From Candidatus Eiseniibacteriota bacterium (GTDB taxonomy: Bacteria; Eisenbacteria; RBG-16-71-46), in NCBI GenBank assembly GCA_041483195.1, contig JBGPFC010000003.1:141497-205496 (forward strand): 64,000 nt of DNA. The letters run 5' to 3'. The notes under the pieces were generated by a model that worked only from the letters and a program-made list of their open reading frames with translations, was not told the origin of the DNA and made no database searches. Both the position numbers and the translations under genes were made by a program. This document shows positions 1 through 10,656 of this stretch, in pieces; positions within the stretch are counted from its first letter, which is position 1, and the number at the start of each line of letters is the position of its first letter.

Positions 1-171
1 GGTCGCGCGTCGGATCATCTCCTCTATTCGCGCAGCCTCTACGCGGGCGGCGCGCTCTCCCTGCTCGAGTTGCTCGACGCGCGGCGCGCGGGCGACGATG
101 CGCGCGAGCGGCTGGTCGATGCGCGAACCGAGTGCCGCGCTGCACGCTACGAGGCGGAGCTGACACGATGA
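1..171 (+). CDS. TolC-family outer-membrane efflux protein, 3' end (partial)
   Basis: Frame 1 reads ...YAGGALSLLELLDARR...EAELTR*, matching the OEP motif Y..G..s.lelldA. Its stop overlaps the next ATG (ATGA, 168-171) and it precedes MFP and RND genes. Confidence 0.75.
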   Translation, partial: GRASDHLLYSRSLYAGGALSLLELLDARRAGDDARERLVDARTECRAARYEAELTR

Positions 172-1154
172 GGATCGCACGCGGAGGGCTGGCGGCGGTG
201 CTGCTCCTGATCGCATGCGCCGGCTGCGGATCGCGCGCCGGACGCGAAGGGGACGCCGCAGATTCGGCGGCCGAGCCGGTGGTCGCGGTGCGCGTTCGCG
301 CGCTCGAGGTGCGCCGGGTCGGCGACGTCGTCGCGGCACCCGGACGCTGGCGTGCGGCCGGCGAGATCACGATCGCCGCGCCGTTCGCGGCGCGCCTCGA
401 CTCGCTCGGGCCGCGGGCGGGCGACGCCGTCGAGAGCGGAGAGCGCGTGGGCTGGCTCCTCACGCGCGAATCGCTCGCGGCCCTGCGCGGCGCCGAGCTG
501 ATCGCGCTAAGGGCGCGCGATCCGGCCGCGCGCGACGACGCCGCGCGCGCGCTGGAGCTCGCCCGCCGCGAGCTGGTGCGCGTGCCGATCGTCGCGACCG
601 CCGCCGGCACCGTCGTGCGGCGCGCGGTCGAGCCGGGCGCCGAGGTCGCGGAAGGGACCGAGCTGCTGAGCATCGTGCCGAGCGGCGGAATCGTGTTCGA
701 GGTCCACGTCGGCGCCGCCGAGGCCTCGCGCCTCAGGGCCGGGCAGGACGCGACCATCCGCGACGACGGCGGCGGCACGCGACGCGCGCGGCTCGAGCGC
801 CTGCTCCCCGCCGCGAACGCGAGCGATCAGACCACGCTCGCCTGGCTCGTGCCGCGCGCGGAAGCGCCGCTTCCCGAGATCGAGCGCTTCGGCACCGCGA
901 CGATCGAGGTGGGCCCGGCGCACGAATCGCTCATGGCCCCCGATTCGGCGCTGGTGGAGGACGATCTCACCGGCGAGACGCGGATCGCGCTGGTCGGGGC
1001 GGATGGCCGCGCGCACTGGCGCACCGTGACGCTCGGCCCCGCGGCCGGGGGCTGGCACGCGCTGGCGTCGCCTCCGCTCGCACCCGGCACGCGCGCGATC
1101 GTCGAGGGGCAGCGCGGGCTCGCGGACAGCACGCGCGTCTCGGTCGCTCCGTGA
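168..1154 (+). CDS. RND efflux periplasmic adaptor (MFP) lipoprotein
   Basis: Lipobox LIACAGC, lipoyl-like half motifs (IAAPFAARL...GDAV; IVATAAGTV...GAEV), C-terminal G..VIVEG motif; lies between TolC and RND genes. Confidence 0.85.
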   Translation: MRIARGGLAAVLLLIACAGCGSRAGREGDAADSAAEPVVAVRVRALEVRRVGDVVAAPGRWRAAGEITIAAPFAARLDSLGPRAGDAVESGERVGWLLTRESLAALRGAELIALRARDPAARDDAARALELARRELVRVPIVATAAGTVVRRAVEPGAEVAEGTELLSIVPSGGIVFEVHVGAAEASRLRAGQDATIRDDGGGTRRARLERLLPAANASDQTTLAWLVPRAEAPLPEIERFGTATIEVGPAHESLMAPDSALVEDDLTGETRIALVGADGRAHWRTVTLGPAAGGWHALASPPLAPGTRAIVEGQRGLADSTRVSVAP

Positions 1155-4100
1155 TCGGCGCCTTCGACTTCCTGCGCGCCCAGCGCCGCGCGCTGCTCTT
1201 CACGATCTGCTGCCTCGCGGCGCTGGGCGTGGCCGCCGGCCTCACGCTGCCGGCCGCGATCCTTCCCGAGGTGACGTTCCCGCGGATCACCGTGATCGCG
1301 GACAGCGGCGAGCGCCCCGGCGACGAGATGATGCGCGCGGTGACCCGCCCGCTCGAGCAGGCGGTGCGCCGGGTGCCGGGGGTCCGCGAGATCCGCTCGA
1401 TCACGAGTCGCGGCTCGACCGAGATCAACATCGACTGCGCGTGGGGAACCAACATGGAGCTGGCGCTCCAGCGCGTGCAGGCGGGCATCGGCGCGGCGCG
1501 CGAGCGGCTCCCGGCGGGGACCGCGGTGGACGCGCGGCTCATGAACCCCGCGCTGTTCCCGGTGCTGGGCTACTCGCTCACCTCGGATCGCATGAGCCTC
1601 GCCGAGCTGCGGGACTTCGCCGTCATGCGGCTCCAGCCCGAGCTGGCGCGGCTGCCGGGCGTGGCGGAGGTGATCGTCCAGGGCGGACGGCGGTTCGAGG
1701 CGCGCGTCGCGCTCGATCCCGCGACGCTCGAGGCGCGCGGGCTCGACGCGGCTTCGGTGGCGGACGCGATCCGCCGCGCGGGCGAGCTGGAGTCGGTGGG
1801 GTTGCTGGACGCGAACCGCCAGCTCTACCTGGGCCTCGCCGACGCGCGCCCGCTCGACCTCGCGAGCCTGAGCGCGATGCCGATCCCGGTCGAGGGCGGG
1901 CCGCCGGTGCCGCTCGGCGCGCTCGGCCGGGTGTCGCTCGAAGAGGCTCCAGAGTTCACTCGCTACGCCGCGCAATCGGGCGAGGCGGTGCTGGTCAACC
2001 TGCTGCGCCAGCCGTCGGCCAGCACCATCCGGCTCGCCGACGAGTCGCGCCGCTGGCTCGCGGAGCACCGCGCCGCGCTCCCTCCCGGCGTGCGCATCCA
2101 GACGTTCTACGATCAGTCGGAGCTGGTGCGCGCCTCGCTCGGAAGCGTCGAGGAGAGCCTGCTGATCGGCGCGCTGATGGCGATCGCGGTGGTCGCGCTC
2201 TTCCTCGGGAGCCTGCGCATGGGGCTCGGCGGCGCGCTGGTGCTGCCCGGCAGCATCGCGCTCACGCTGCTGGGCTTCGCGCTCGCCGGCCAGTCGCTCA
2301 ACATGATGACGCTCGGCGGGATCGCGGCGGCGGTGGGGCTGGTGCTCGACGACGCGATCGTGGTGCTCGAGCATCTCGCGCACCGCGCCTCGTATGGAGA
2401 GGCGTTCGCGGGCGTGTCGGTCGCGATGGCGGAGATCCTGCCGTCGGCGGTGGGCTCGAGCCTCTGCACGATCGCGATCTTCGCGCCGTTCATGTGGCTG
2501 GGCGGCGTCGCCGGCGCGTTCTTCAAGGTGCTCGCGCTCGCGATGGCGCTGATGCTCGCCGCATCGCTGTTGCTGTGCGTCGCCGTGCTGCCGCTGGTGG
2601 TGCGCCCGCACACGAAGCCGCCTCGTCCTCCACGCGCGGGGCCGGGCCGCCTCGGCGCCATCGCGCGCTACGCCACCACCCACGCGTGGGTGGGCATCGT
2701 GACGCCGCTGGTGCTGATCCTCGCAATCGTGCCGCTCCAGGCGACGCTCGGCACCGGCTTCCTGCCCGAGATGGACGAGGGCTCGCTGATCATGGACTTC
2801 TTCTCGCCGCCCGGAACGTCGCTCACCGAGACCGACCGCATGCTGCGGCAGGTCGAGAAGTCGATCGACGCGACGCCCGAGGTCGAGGCCTGGTCGCGGC
2901 GCACCGGCGATCAGCTCGGGTTCTTCGTCACGGAGCCCAATCACGGCGACTACGTCTTGAAGCTCAGGGCGCGGCGGACGCGCGATGCCGAAGCGGTGGC
3001 CGACGATCTGCGCGGGCGCATCGCGGCCTCGCAGCCGCAGCTCGAGATCGAGTTCGGGCAGCTGGTGGAGGACGTGATCGGCGATCTCACCACCAATCCG
3101 CAGCCGGTCGAGGTGCGCCTGTTCGGCGAGGATCGCGCGCTGATGCGGACCCGGGCCGAGGACGTCGCGCGCATCCTGTCGAACGTGCGCGGCGTGGTGG
3201 ACGTGAAGAGCGGCATCGTCGAGAGCGGGCCCAACGTCTCGATCCATCCGTCGGCCGCCGCGGCGCGCCTCGGGCTCGGCATCGACGATCTCGCGCGCGC
3301 CGTCACGCCTTCGGTCGCGGGCCTCGACGCCGGGCAGATCGTGCGCGGCGCGCGCGCCTGGCCGGTGCGCGTGACGCTCTCGGGGCTCGCCGGCGCGACG
3401 CGCCCCGATGCGCTCGCGGACGTCCGCGTGCCGGTCGCGCGCGGGCAGTGGCGCCGGCTCGGCGATCTTTCGACGCTGCGGATCGAGGCGGGCGAGACCG
3501 AGATCGCGCGCGACGACCAGCGCACCATGATCCCGGTCACCGCGCGGCTCTCGGGCCGCGACCTGGGCTCCGCGATGACCGAGATCCAGCGCGTCGTGCG
3601 CCAGGGGCTCGCGCTCGCGCCCGGCATGACGGTGCGTTACGCCGGCCTGTGGGAGGAGCAGCAGTCGTCGTTCCGCGAGCTGGCGGCCGTGCTGTTCGCG
3701 GCCGCGGCCGCCGTGCTCCTCATCCTGCTCGCGGCGTTCCGCTCGTGGCGCATGAGCGGCGCGCTCATGGTGGTCGTGGTCGCCTCGCTGTGCGGCGTGT
3801 TCGTCGCGCTCCACGCGGGCGGCGCGACCTTCAACATCTCGAGCTTCGTCGGCGCGATCATGATGGTGGGCGTCGTGTCCGAAAACGGCTACTTTCTCGT
3901 CGCGGCCCATCGTGCTGCGCTGCGCGATGGGGCCGCGCCCTCCGCGGCGGCCGAGGCGGCCGCCCGGCGCCGCGCGCGGCCGGTGCTCATGACGACCGCG
4001 GCCGGCGTCGCGGCGCTCGCGCCGCTCGCGCTGGGCATCGGATCGGGCAGCGCGCTGCTGCGGCCGCTCGCGCTCGCGGTCGTCGGCGGATTCCTGAACT

Positions 4101-4165
4101 CGGCGCCGTTGCTGCTGGTCGTGCTGCCCGCGCTGCTCGCGCGCTGCGGCCGGCCCGCCAGGTGA
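1151..4165 (+). CDS. RND efflux permease (AcrB/CzcA family)
   Basis: GTG start overlapping the MFP stop; ~1000 aa; motifs LNMMTLGGIAAAVGLVLDDAIVVLE, GFLPEMDEG, RARPVLMTT. Confidence 0.95.
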   Translation: MIGAFDFLRAQRRALLFTICCLAALGVAAGLTLPAAILPEVTFPRITVIADSGERPGDEMMRAVTRPLEQAVRRVPGVREIRSITSRGSTEINIDCAWGTNMELALQRVQAGIGAARERLPAGTAVDARLMNPALFPVLGYSLTSDRMSLAELRDFAVMRLQPELARLPGVAEVIVQGGRRFEARVALDPATLEARGLDAASVADAIRRAGELESVGLLDANRQLYLGLADARPLDLASLSAMPIPVEGGPPVPLGALGRVSLEEAPEFTRYAAQSGEAVLVNLLRQPSASTIRLADESRRWLAEHRAALPPGVRIQTFYDQSELVRASLGSVEESLLIGALMAIAVVALFLGSLRMGLGGALVLPGSIALTLLGFALAGQSLNMMTLGGIAAAVGLVLDDAIVVLEHLAHRASYGEAFAGVSVAMAEILPSAVGSSLCTIAIFAPFMWLGGVAGAFFKVLALAMALMLAASLLLCVAVLPLVVRPHTKPPRPPRAGPGRLGAIARYATTHAWVGIVTPLVLILAIVPLQATLGTGFLPEMDEGSLIMDFFSPPGTSLTETDRMLRQVEKSIDATPEVEAWSRRTGDQLGFFVTEPNHGDYVLKLRARRTRDAEAVADDLRGRIAASQPQLEIEFGQLVEDVIGDLTTNPQPVEVRLFGEDRALMRTRAEDVARILSNVRGVVDVKSGIVESGPNVSIHPSAAAARLGLGIDDLARAVTPSVAGLDAGQIVRGARAWPVRVTLSGLAGATRPDALADVRVPVARGQWRRLGDLSTLRIEAGETEIARDDQRTMIPVTARLSGRDLGSAMTEIQRVVRQGLALAPGMTVRYAGLWEEQQSSFRELAAVLFAAAAAVLLILLAAFRSWRMSGALMVVVVASLCGVFVALHAGGATFNISSFVGAIMMVGVVSENGYFLVAAHRAALRDGAAPSAAAEAAARRRARPVLMTTAAGVAALAPLALGIGSGSALLRPLALAVVGGFLNSAPLLLVVLPALLARCGRPAR

Positions 4166-4181
4166 TGCCGGGACCCATCGC

Positions 4182-4856
4182 ATGCGAATCCTCGTGATCG
4201 AAGACAGCGCCCCCACCCGCGAGCTGATCGAGCGCTCGCTCGAGGCGGCCGGCCACACGCTCGCGACCGCCGCGCGGGTCTCGACCGGGCGGGCGCTCGC
4301 GCTGCGCGGCGCGTTCGACGTGATCGTGCTCGACGTGATGCTGCCCGACGGCAGCGGGCTCGAGCTGTGCCGCGAGCTGCGCGCGCTCGACCTCGCCACC
4401 CCGATCCTGTTCCTCACCGCGCGCGGCGAGGTGGGCGATCGCATCGAGGGCCTCGACGCGGGCGGCGACGACTACCTGCGCAAGCCGTTCGCGATCGCCG
4501 AGCTGGTCGCGCGGGTGCGCGCGCTGGGGCGGAGGCAGGGCCGCTCCGCGCCCGCCAGCGTGCGCTGGACCGGCCTCTCGATCGACTTCGCGGCGCGGCG
4601 TCTGAAGCGCGGGGCGGACGAGATCCCGCTCACCGCGCGCGAGTGGGCGGTGCTCGATGCGCTCGCGGCTCGGGCGGGGCGGGTCGTGACGCGCGACGAT
4701 CTGCTCGAGAGCGCGTGGGGCGAGACCAGCGAGGCGGCGTCCGAGAGCCTCGACGTGATCGTGAGCCGGCTGCGCCGCAAGCTCCAGCCGGATGGCGCGC
4801 CGCATTGCATCCGCACCGTGCGCGGACAGGGCTACGTTTTCGAGGCCCCGGCGTGA
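4182..4856 (+). CDS. OmpR-family response regulator
   Basis: MRILVIED, LDVMLPDGSG, LFLTAR, DDYLRKPF, and winged-helix end IRTVRGQGY. Confidence 0.95.
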   Translation: MRILVIEDSAPTRELIERSLEAAGHTLATAARVSTGRALALRGAFDVIVLDVMLPDGSGLELCRELRALDLATPILFLTARGEVGDRIEGLDAGGDDYLRKPFAIAELVARVRALGRRQGRSAPASVRWTGLSIDFAARRLKRGADEIPLTAREWAVLDALAARAGRVVTRDDLLESAWGETSEAASESLDVIVSRLRRKLQPDGAPHCIRTVRGQGYVFEAPA

Positions 4857-6292
4857 GATCGACCTCGCTGGTCGCGCGACTGACGCTGATCCAGCAGCTG
4901 GTCGCGAGCGTCGTGATCGTGGTGTTCGCGGCCTCTTCGCTGTGGCTCACCGACCGTTCGCTGCGGCGGGCGCAGGAGCGGCAGCTGGCCGAGACCGCGC
5001 ACCGGGTCGCGGAGAGCGTCGATCGCGAGTACGCGGAGGAGCGCGATCTGCCCCGGGCCTCGCGGGCGGCGCTCGAAGAGGAGACCGACTCCGGGCTCGG
5101 CATCATGGTGTACGGCCCGCAGGACACGCTGCTGGCCTCGAACGCGCTCGCGAACCGCACCGGCTACTTTCTTCCGCCGCCGTCCTCGACCGCGCGCGTC
5201 ATCGAGCACGGCGGACGGCGCTGGGCGGCCGCGACCGAGTCACACGGCGCGCGGGTCGTCACCTCCATCTCCTATCGCGAGCTGCGCGGCAGCGTGTCCG
5301 CGCTCGCGCGCTCGCTCGCGTGGTGCGCGGTGCCGATCCTGGTCGTCACCTGGTTCGCGAGCCGCTGGACCGCGCGCCGCGCGCTCCGTCCGCTCGCGCA
5401 GATGGACGAGCGAGCGCGCAACGCGGCGGTCGAGGCGGGCGTGACCTCGCTCGGCGGACCGACCGGCATGGCGGAGATCGACCGGCTCGCGGCCTCGTTC
5501 GACCGCCTGCTCGAGCGCCTCGACGGGGTCTTGCGATCGGAACGGCGCTTCACGTCGGAGGCATCGCACGAGCTGCGCACCCCGCTCACCGTGCTGTCGG
5601 GCGAGCTCGAGATGGCGCTCGCGGGCCCGGCGCTGCCGCCGGCCACGCGCGCCGCGCTCGACCGGTCCGCGGCGCAGGTCGATGCGATGCGCGCGCTGGT
5701 CGATGCGCTGCTGCTGCTGCGCCGCGCCGGCCAGGGCGCGCCCGCCGCCCGGGCCGCGTTCGAGCCCGTGAACCTCTCGGACGTCGCGGCCGAGACCCTG
5801 CGCGCGGCGGCCGCGCGGGCGCCGGGCCGCGCGACGGATCTCGGCCTCGATGCGCCGGACGAGGTCATGGTGTCCGGGCACGCAGCGCTGCTCGCCTCGG
5901 CGGTGGGGAACCTGGTGGACAACGCGCTCAAGTTCACGACCGGATCGACGCGCGTCAGGGTCACGGTCGCGAGCGACGGCGCGATGGCGCGCGTCGTGGT
6001 CGAAGACGGCGGCGCCGGGATTCGCGCAGAGGACCGCGAGCGCGTCTTCGACCCGTTCTTCCGCGGCGCGGAAGCGCGCGCCCACCTCGGTGGCTTCGGG
6101 CTCGGGCTGCCGCTGCTGCGCGAGGTCGCGCGCGCGCACGGCGGGGACGCGACGCTGGACGATTCGCCGCTGGGCGGCGCGCGGTTCACGATGAGCATTC
6201 CGGCTTGGCGCGCCGCGCCCGGTGCGAGTATCGTGGCTCCCCCATGGCGCGCCGCGACAGCCAGCTCCCCCCGCGCGAGCCGCGGGGCCTGA
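4853..6292 (+). CDS. Sensor histidine kinase (2 TM, HAMP, HisKA, HATPase)
   Basis: GTGA overlap with the regulator stop; H-box ASHELRTPL, N-box NLVDNALKF, EDGGAGI, VFDPFFR, GFGLGL. Confidence 0.93.
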   Translation: MRSTSLVARLTLIQQLVASVVIVVFAASSLWLTDRSLRRAQERQLAETAHRVAESVDREYAEERDLPRASRAALEEETDSGLGIMVYGPQDTLLASNALANRTGYFLPPPSSTARVIEHGGRRWAAATESHGARVVTSISYRELRGSVSALARSLAWCAVPILVVTWFASRWTARRALRPLAQMDERARNAAVEAGVTSLGGPTGMAEIDRLAASFDRLLERLDGVLRSERRFTSEASHELRTPLTVLSGELEMALAGPALPPATRAALDRSAAQVDAMRALVDALLLLRRAGQGAPAARAAFEPVNLSDVAAETLRAAAARAPGRATDLGLDAPDEVMVSGHAALLASAVGNLVDNALKFTTGSTRVRVTVASDGAMARVVVEDGGAGIRAEDRERVFDPFFRGAEARAHLGGFGLGLPLLREVARAHGGDATLDDSPLGGARFTMSIPAWRAAPGASIVAPPWRAATASSPRASRGA

Positions 6293-6328
6293 CGCCATGA
6301 GCACTCGGAGGAACGTCTGAGATCCCAG

Positions 6329-8083
6329 GTGATGCCGCACGCCGCCGGCGCGGCGCTGAGCGCCGTGGATCGGCCGGGCGCGCCGCGAGCCGTCGCGCGC
6401 CCGCGCCTGCACGCGCCGGCCGAGCGCGCCTTCCTGATCGCGGCGCTCGGGGCGCACGCGATCCTGCGCCTGCTCTACGTCTTTCACCACGAGATCAACT
6501 CCGACGAGCCGCAGCACCTGCACGTGGCGTGGGCGTGGACCTCCGGCCTCTTGCCCTACCGCGACGTGTTCGACAATCACGCGCCGCTGTTCGGCATGCT
6601 GAGCGCGCCGCTCGTGGCGGCGCTCGGCGAGCGCGCCGACATCCTGATCCTGATGCGGATCGCGATGCTCCCGCTGGTGGCGCTCACGCTGTGGGCGACC
6701 TGGCTCATCGCGCGGCGCGCGGCGGCGCCCGCGCTCGCGCCGTGGGCGGTCGCGCTCGCGGCGCTGTCGCCCGGATTCCTGCGCGTATCGGTCGAATACC
6801 GCGCCGATGTGCTGTGGATGACCGCCTGGCTGCTCGCGCTCGCGGTGCTGGTGTCCGGGCGGCTCACCGCAGCGCGCGCGGCGTTCGCGGGGTTGCTGCT
6901 CGGCGTCGCGGTGGGCGTCTCGATGAAGTCCATCCTGCTGCTCGCCTCGCTCGCGGTGGCCGCCGGCATGACGCTCGCGTTGCTCGCGCGGGCCGGATCG
7001 AAGCCGCCGCCGCGCCGGGTCGCCGGCGTGATCGCCGCGCTCGCGGCCGGAACCCTCGCCGTGCCGCTCGCGATCGCCGTGACCTTCGCGGCGCTCGGCG
7101 CGTGGCGGCCGTTCGTGTACTGCATCGGGACTCACAACCTGCTCCCCGAGTTCGGGACCTGGCGAGCCTTGCCCTGGAGGTTCGCGCTCGTCCCGCTCGC
7201 GCTGCCGCTGCTGTGGTTCGGCGGGCGGCTCGCGATGCGGACGGCGCCCACCCCCGCCGATGGCGCGCGCCGCGCGCTGCTGTGGCTCGTGACCGGGATC
7301 TACTTCGTGAGTCTCAACGCCGTGTGGCCGCTCATCACCCGCCAGGACTACCTGCCCGTCACGCCGCTGATCGCGGTGTTGCTGGCGGCCCTGACGCCGG
7401 TGTTCGCGATCGCCGCGCGTGGGATTCGATCGCGGCTCGCGTTCGCCCCCTCCCTCGCGTGGCTCGCGCCGGCCGCGCTGGTCGTGATCGAGACCGTCTC
7501 GGTGATGCGCGCCGAGCCGCCCTGGCGCGACGGCACCAGCGCCCAGTCCGCGCTGCTCGCCGACGTGCTGCAGCTCACGCGGCCCGGGGATTCCGTGATG
7601 GACCTGAAGGGCGAGACCGTGTTCCGGCCGCGGCCCTTCTACTTCGCGCTCGAAGGCATCACCCGGGCGCGCATCGCGACCGGCCGGCTCCCCGACGACA
7701 TCGCGGAGCGCATGATCGCCGCGCACACCCCGGTCGCATTCGCGGACGACGACAACTTTCCGCTGCGCGCCCGCGCGTTCATGAATGCGAACTACATGCG
7801 GGCCGGCAATCTGCGGGTGCTCGGCAAGATGCTGCTCCCCGCGCGCGACGATCGCGACCCCCGGCGTCGCTTCGTGGTGGTGGTGCCGCAGCGATACGCG
7901 GTGGTGTCCGATCGCGGCGCGGCATCGGGCCTGTTGGACGGCACGGCGTACGCCGGGCCGCGGATGCTGGCGGCCGGCCTCCACGTGTTCACGCCGCCCG
8001 CCCGCGACGGCCTGCTCGCGGTCGTGTGGGCGAGTGCGATCGAGCGCGGGTTCTCGCCGTTCGCGGGAAACGAGGGCATCTGA
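6329..8083 (+). CDS. GT-C/ArnT-like polytopic glycosyltransferase
   Basis: First loop NSDEPQHLHVAW...LPYRDVFDNHAPL (DE motif), many TM segments, soluble C-terminal domain. Confidence 0.7.
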   Translation: MMPHAAGAALSAVDRPGAPRAVARPRLHAPAERAFLIAALGAHAILRLLYVFHHEINSDEPQHLHVAWAWTSGLLPYRDVFDNHAPLFGMLSAPLVAALGERADILILMRIAMLPLVALTLWATWLIARRAAAPALAPWAVALAALSPGFLRVSVEYRADVLWMTAWLLALAVLVSGRLTAARAAFAGLLLGVAVGVSMKSILLLASLAVAAGMTLALLARAGSKPPPRRVAGVIAALAAGTLAVPLAIAVTFAALGAWRPFVYCIGTHNLLPEFGTWRALPWRFALVPLALPLLWFGGRLAMRTAPTPADGARRALLWLVTGIYFVSLNAVWPLITRQDYLPVTPLIAVLLAALTPVFAIAARGIRSRLAFAPSLAWLAPAALVVIETVSVMRAEPPWRDGTSAQSALLADVLQLTRPGDSVMDLKGETVFRPRPFYFALEGITRARIATGRLPDDIAERMIAAHTPVAFADDDNFPLRARAFMNANYMRAGNLRVLGKMLLPARDDRDPRRRFVVVVPQRYAVVSDRGAASGLLDGTAYAGPRMLAAGLHVFTPPARDGLLAVVWASAIERGFSPFAGNEGI

Positions 8084-9258
8084 TGGGACGCCTGCTCGTT
8101 GTCGAGGCGTCCGACCGCGTCATGGTGCTGGCGCCGCATCCCGACGACGAGTCGCTCGCGACCGGCGGCCTGCTGCTGCGCTCGCGCGCCGCGGGCGCCG
8201 CGCGCCGCGTGGTGTTCCTCACCGACGGCGACAACAATCCCTGGGCGCAGCGCGCCGCCGAGCGCCGTTGGCGGGTGACGGCGGCCGATCGCGTACGGTG
8301 GGGCGAGCGCCGCCGCGGCGAGGTGCTGGCTGCGATCGCGCACCTCGGCCTGTCCGCCCGCTCGGTGCGCTTCATGCGCCATCCCGATCAGGGCCTCACC
8401 GAGATCCTCATGTCGGGCGGGAGCGAGGTGCTCGACGCGCTGGCTCTCGAGTTCGAGCGGTGGCGCCCCACGATCCTCGCGGCGCCGGCGCTCGACGACC
8501 GCCATCCCGACCACAGCGCGCTCGCGGTGATGGTGCGCATCGCGCTCGGGCGCATGGACCCGAGGGTGCGCCCGCCCCGCGTGATCGGCTACGCTGTGCA
8601 CGCCCGCCGCGACGCCGAACCCGGCCCCGCCGCCCAGATCGATCTCGCGCTCGAGGCGCACGAGCGCGAGCGCAAGCGCCGCGCGATCGAATGCCACGCC
8701 ACGCAGCTGCGCCTGCGCCGCGCCGAGCTGCTCGCGTACGCGCGCGAGCGCGAGCCCTTCCGCATCGACGACGATTCGTGCGCCATCGAGGCTTCCCATC
8801 CGGTCCGCGCCGCCGCGCTCGATGGCGAAATGCTGCGCGCGGTGATCGTTCCTCCGGCACGCCTGGGGCTCGGGCCGCGCGCGCTGCTGGTGGCGTGCGA
8901 GGCGTGTGACGGCTCGGTCGCCCGGCTGTCGCTCGATCTCGGCCGCAGGCCCGCGGCGCGCGCGACGCACGGGGGCGGCCCGAACGGGACGCCGGCCTTC
9001 GAGACCGCGCGCGGCGCGGGCGGAGTGCTTCACGTCGGCCTGCGACTCGGAATCGCGCCGCCTTACGCCGGCGTCTTCCTCAAGCTCGAACGCCCCGCGG
9101 AACGGCGCCTCGGATTGTTCGATCGAGCCGGCTGGCGCGAGGTACCCGGCGGCATCGCCCCTCCAGCGGCCGCGCCGGCCGCGGGGCGCGATGGCGACGC
9201 GCTCGCGGCCGCCACCGCGGCCGCGGCGGCCGCCGCGATGATCGTTCCGCTCTCCTGA
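8083..9258 (+). CDS. PIG-L/LmbE-family deacetylase
   Basis: ATG at 8083 in a TGATG overlap; APHPDDE, FLTDGD, DRHPDH, CHATQL motifs. Confidence 0.9.
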   Translation: MGRLLVVEASDRVMVLAPHPDDESLATGGLLLRSRAAGAARRVVFLTDGDNNPWAQRAAERRWRVTAADRVRWGERRRGEVLAAIAHLGLSARSVRFMRHPDQGLTEILMSGGSEVLDALALEFERWRPTILAAPALDDRHPDHSALAVMVRIALGRMDPRVRPPRVIGYAVHARRDAEPGPAAQIDLALEAHERERKRRAIECHATQLRLRRAELLAYAREREPFRIDDDSCAIEASHPVRAAALDGEMLRAVIVPPARLGLGPRALLVACEACDGSVARLSLDLGRRPAARATHGGGPNGTPAFETARGAGGVLHVGLRLGIAPPYAGVFLKLERPAERRLGLFDRAGWREVPGGIAPPAAAPAAGRDGDALAAATAAAAAAAMIVPLS

Positions 9259-9415
9259 TCGACGCGGCGGGGGCATTAGGCCCGCACCGCCGGGGCCGGC
9301 CGCGGCGCTCCAGTCGGCGCTGAAGTGCGACGCGCTCGTTGCCGATAACTGAACCCACCACTTCCGGACCGCCGGCCGTGATGCATGGTTCACGCTGACC
9401 ACGAGGCTTGAGGAC

Positions 9416-10522
9416 ATGGAACGCATCGTTCGCATCTCGCTGTGGGTGATCTCGATCCTGGTCGTCGCGGGCTATCTGTACGCCGCGATCCCGGGGCTGT
9501 TCCGCGCCGTGCCGGCCGATCCGCTCGATGCTTCGGCGCTCGAGCACGCGGCCCGATTCGCGAGCGGCCAGCCGCCGTTTCGGGAACCCGGTCGCGGACT
9601 CGATGCGGCCCTGATGCCCGCCTTCCCGTTCGTCCTCTCCGGGCTGGTGCGGATGTTCGATCCGCAAGCCTGGGAACCGCGATTTGTGGTCCTGCTCGCC
9701 ACCCTGATGGCGGCGGCGCTGGCGGCCATGGTGGTGCGCGCGGAGACTCGCAGCGCCACGCTGGGCATGGCGAGCGGCGGACTCGTGATCCTCGGACAGT
9801 TGCTCGCCGGTCGTGGCGCGACCCTGTCTGGCCCGGAATCGCTGGGACTGTTGCTCGCGCTCGCCGGGTGCGCGGCCCTGCGGTACGTTCCGAACATCCT
9901 CGGCGCGCTGCTCGCGTCGCTGGCATTCGCCGCGGCCTGCCTCACGCATCCCGCCGGCCTGTGGTTCGCGATGGCCGCGATCTTCCATCTCGCCACCTTC
10001 GACCGCCGGCGTCTGGTGGCGTATGCGCTCGGCCTGCTCGTGCTCACGGGCGGCGGATATGTCGCGCTGTCGCTCACGCTGGGCCCGTGGTTCAACTATC
10101 ACGCGTGGGACGTGCCGCTCCGGGCCGTTCGATTCGCGCCCGTCGCGCTGATGCAATACCTCGGCACGCAGCTGCTCGGCACGCTGGGCGTGCTCCTGCT
10201 CTCCGCCGTGCTCGCGTTCGCCATGCCGATCCGGCCGTGGCGCGGCGCCGTGGGCCTGTGGACCTGGATGGCATTCGCAGCGCTCGGCGCCGGAATCGTC
10301 GCCAGTCAGAGCGCGATCGGCGCGGCGGACGCGCTGCGGCCGGTCGTGGTCGCGCTCGCGATCGTCGGCCCGATCTCGATCCAGCGCGTGACGACCCATC
10401 TCGCGGCCTGGCCCGGCTCGAGCCGGCTCGGCGGTCAGGGCGTCGTGCTGACGGCGCTCGCGCTCCAGTTCCTGATGCTCCTCTCCCACGTGACGCGCGC
10501 GGTGCTGGGCATCGGGGCCTGA
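9416..10522 (+). CDS. Polytopic membrane protein, possibly GT-C-like
   Basis: GAGG RBS; about 10 hydrophobic segments; layout resembles GT-C proteins but no clear catalytic motif. Confidence 0.55.
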   Translation: MERIVRISLWVISILVVAGYLYAAIPGLFRAVPADPLDASALEHAARFASGQPPFREPGRGLDAALMPAFPFVLSGLVRMFDPQAWEPRFVVLLATLMAAALAAMVVRAETRSATLGMASGGLVILGQLLAGRGATLSGPESLGLLLALAGCAALRYVPNILGALLASLAFAAACLTHPAGLWFAMAAIFHLATFDRRRLVAYALGLLVLTGGGYVALSLTLGPWFNYHAWDVPLRAVRFAPVALMQYLGTQLLGTLGVLLLSAVLAFAMPIRPWRGAVGLWTWMAFAALGAGIVASQSAIGAADALRPVVVALAIVGPISIQRVTTHLAAWPGSSRLGGQGVVLTALALQFLMLLSHVTRAVLGIGA

Positions 10523-10656
10523 ATCATCCGAGATCACGGGCCAGGCTCCGGCGCCCGCGCGCCGCGCTCGCGCACCATATTCACTTGGTATTCGGAGTCG
10601 TCGCGGTATCCTCCCGGGCAGTCGACAATCTCCCCACGCTCGACGGAGGAAGCCCG

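Noticed and set aside
827..7984. Very long antisense or alternate-frame ORFs (e.g. 827-4444, 1441-4197, 5240-7984) and similar ones throughout the window
   Set aside because: Arg/Ala/Pro-rich shadow ORFs caused by high GC; they overlap genes with clear family motifs.
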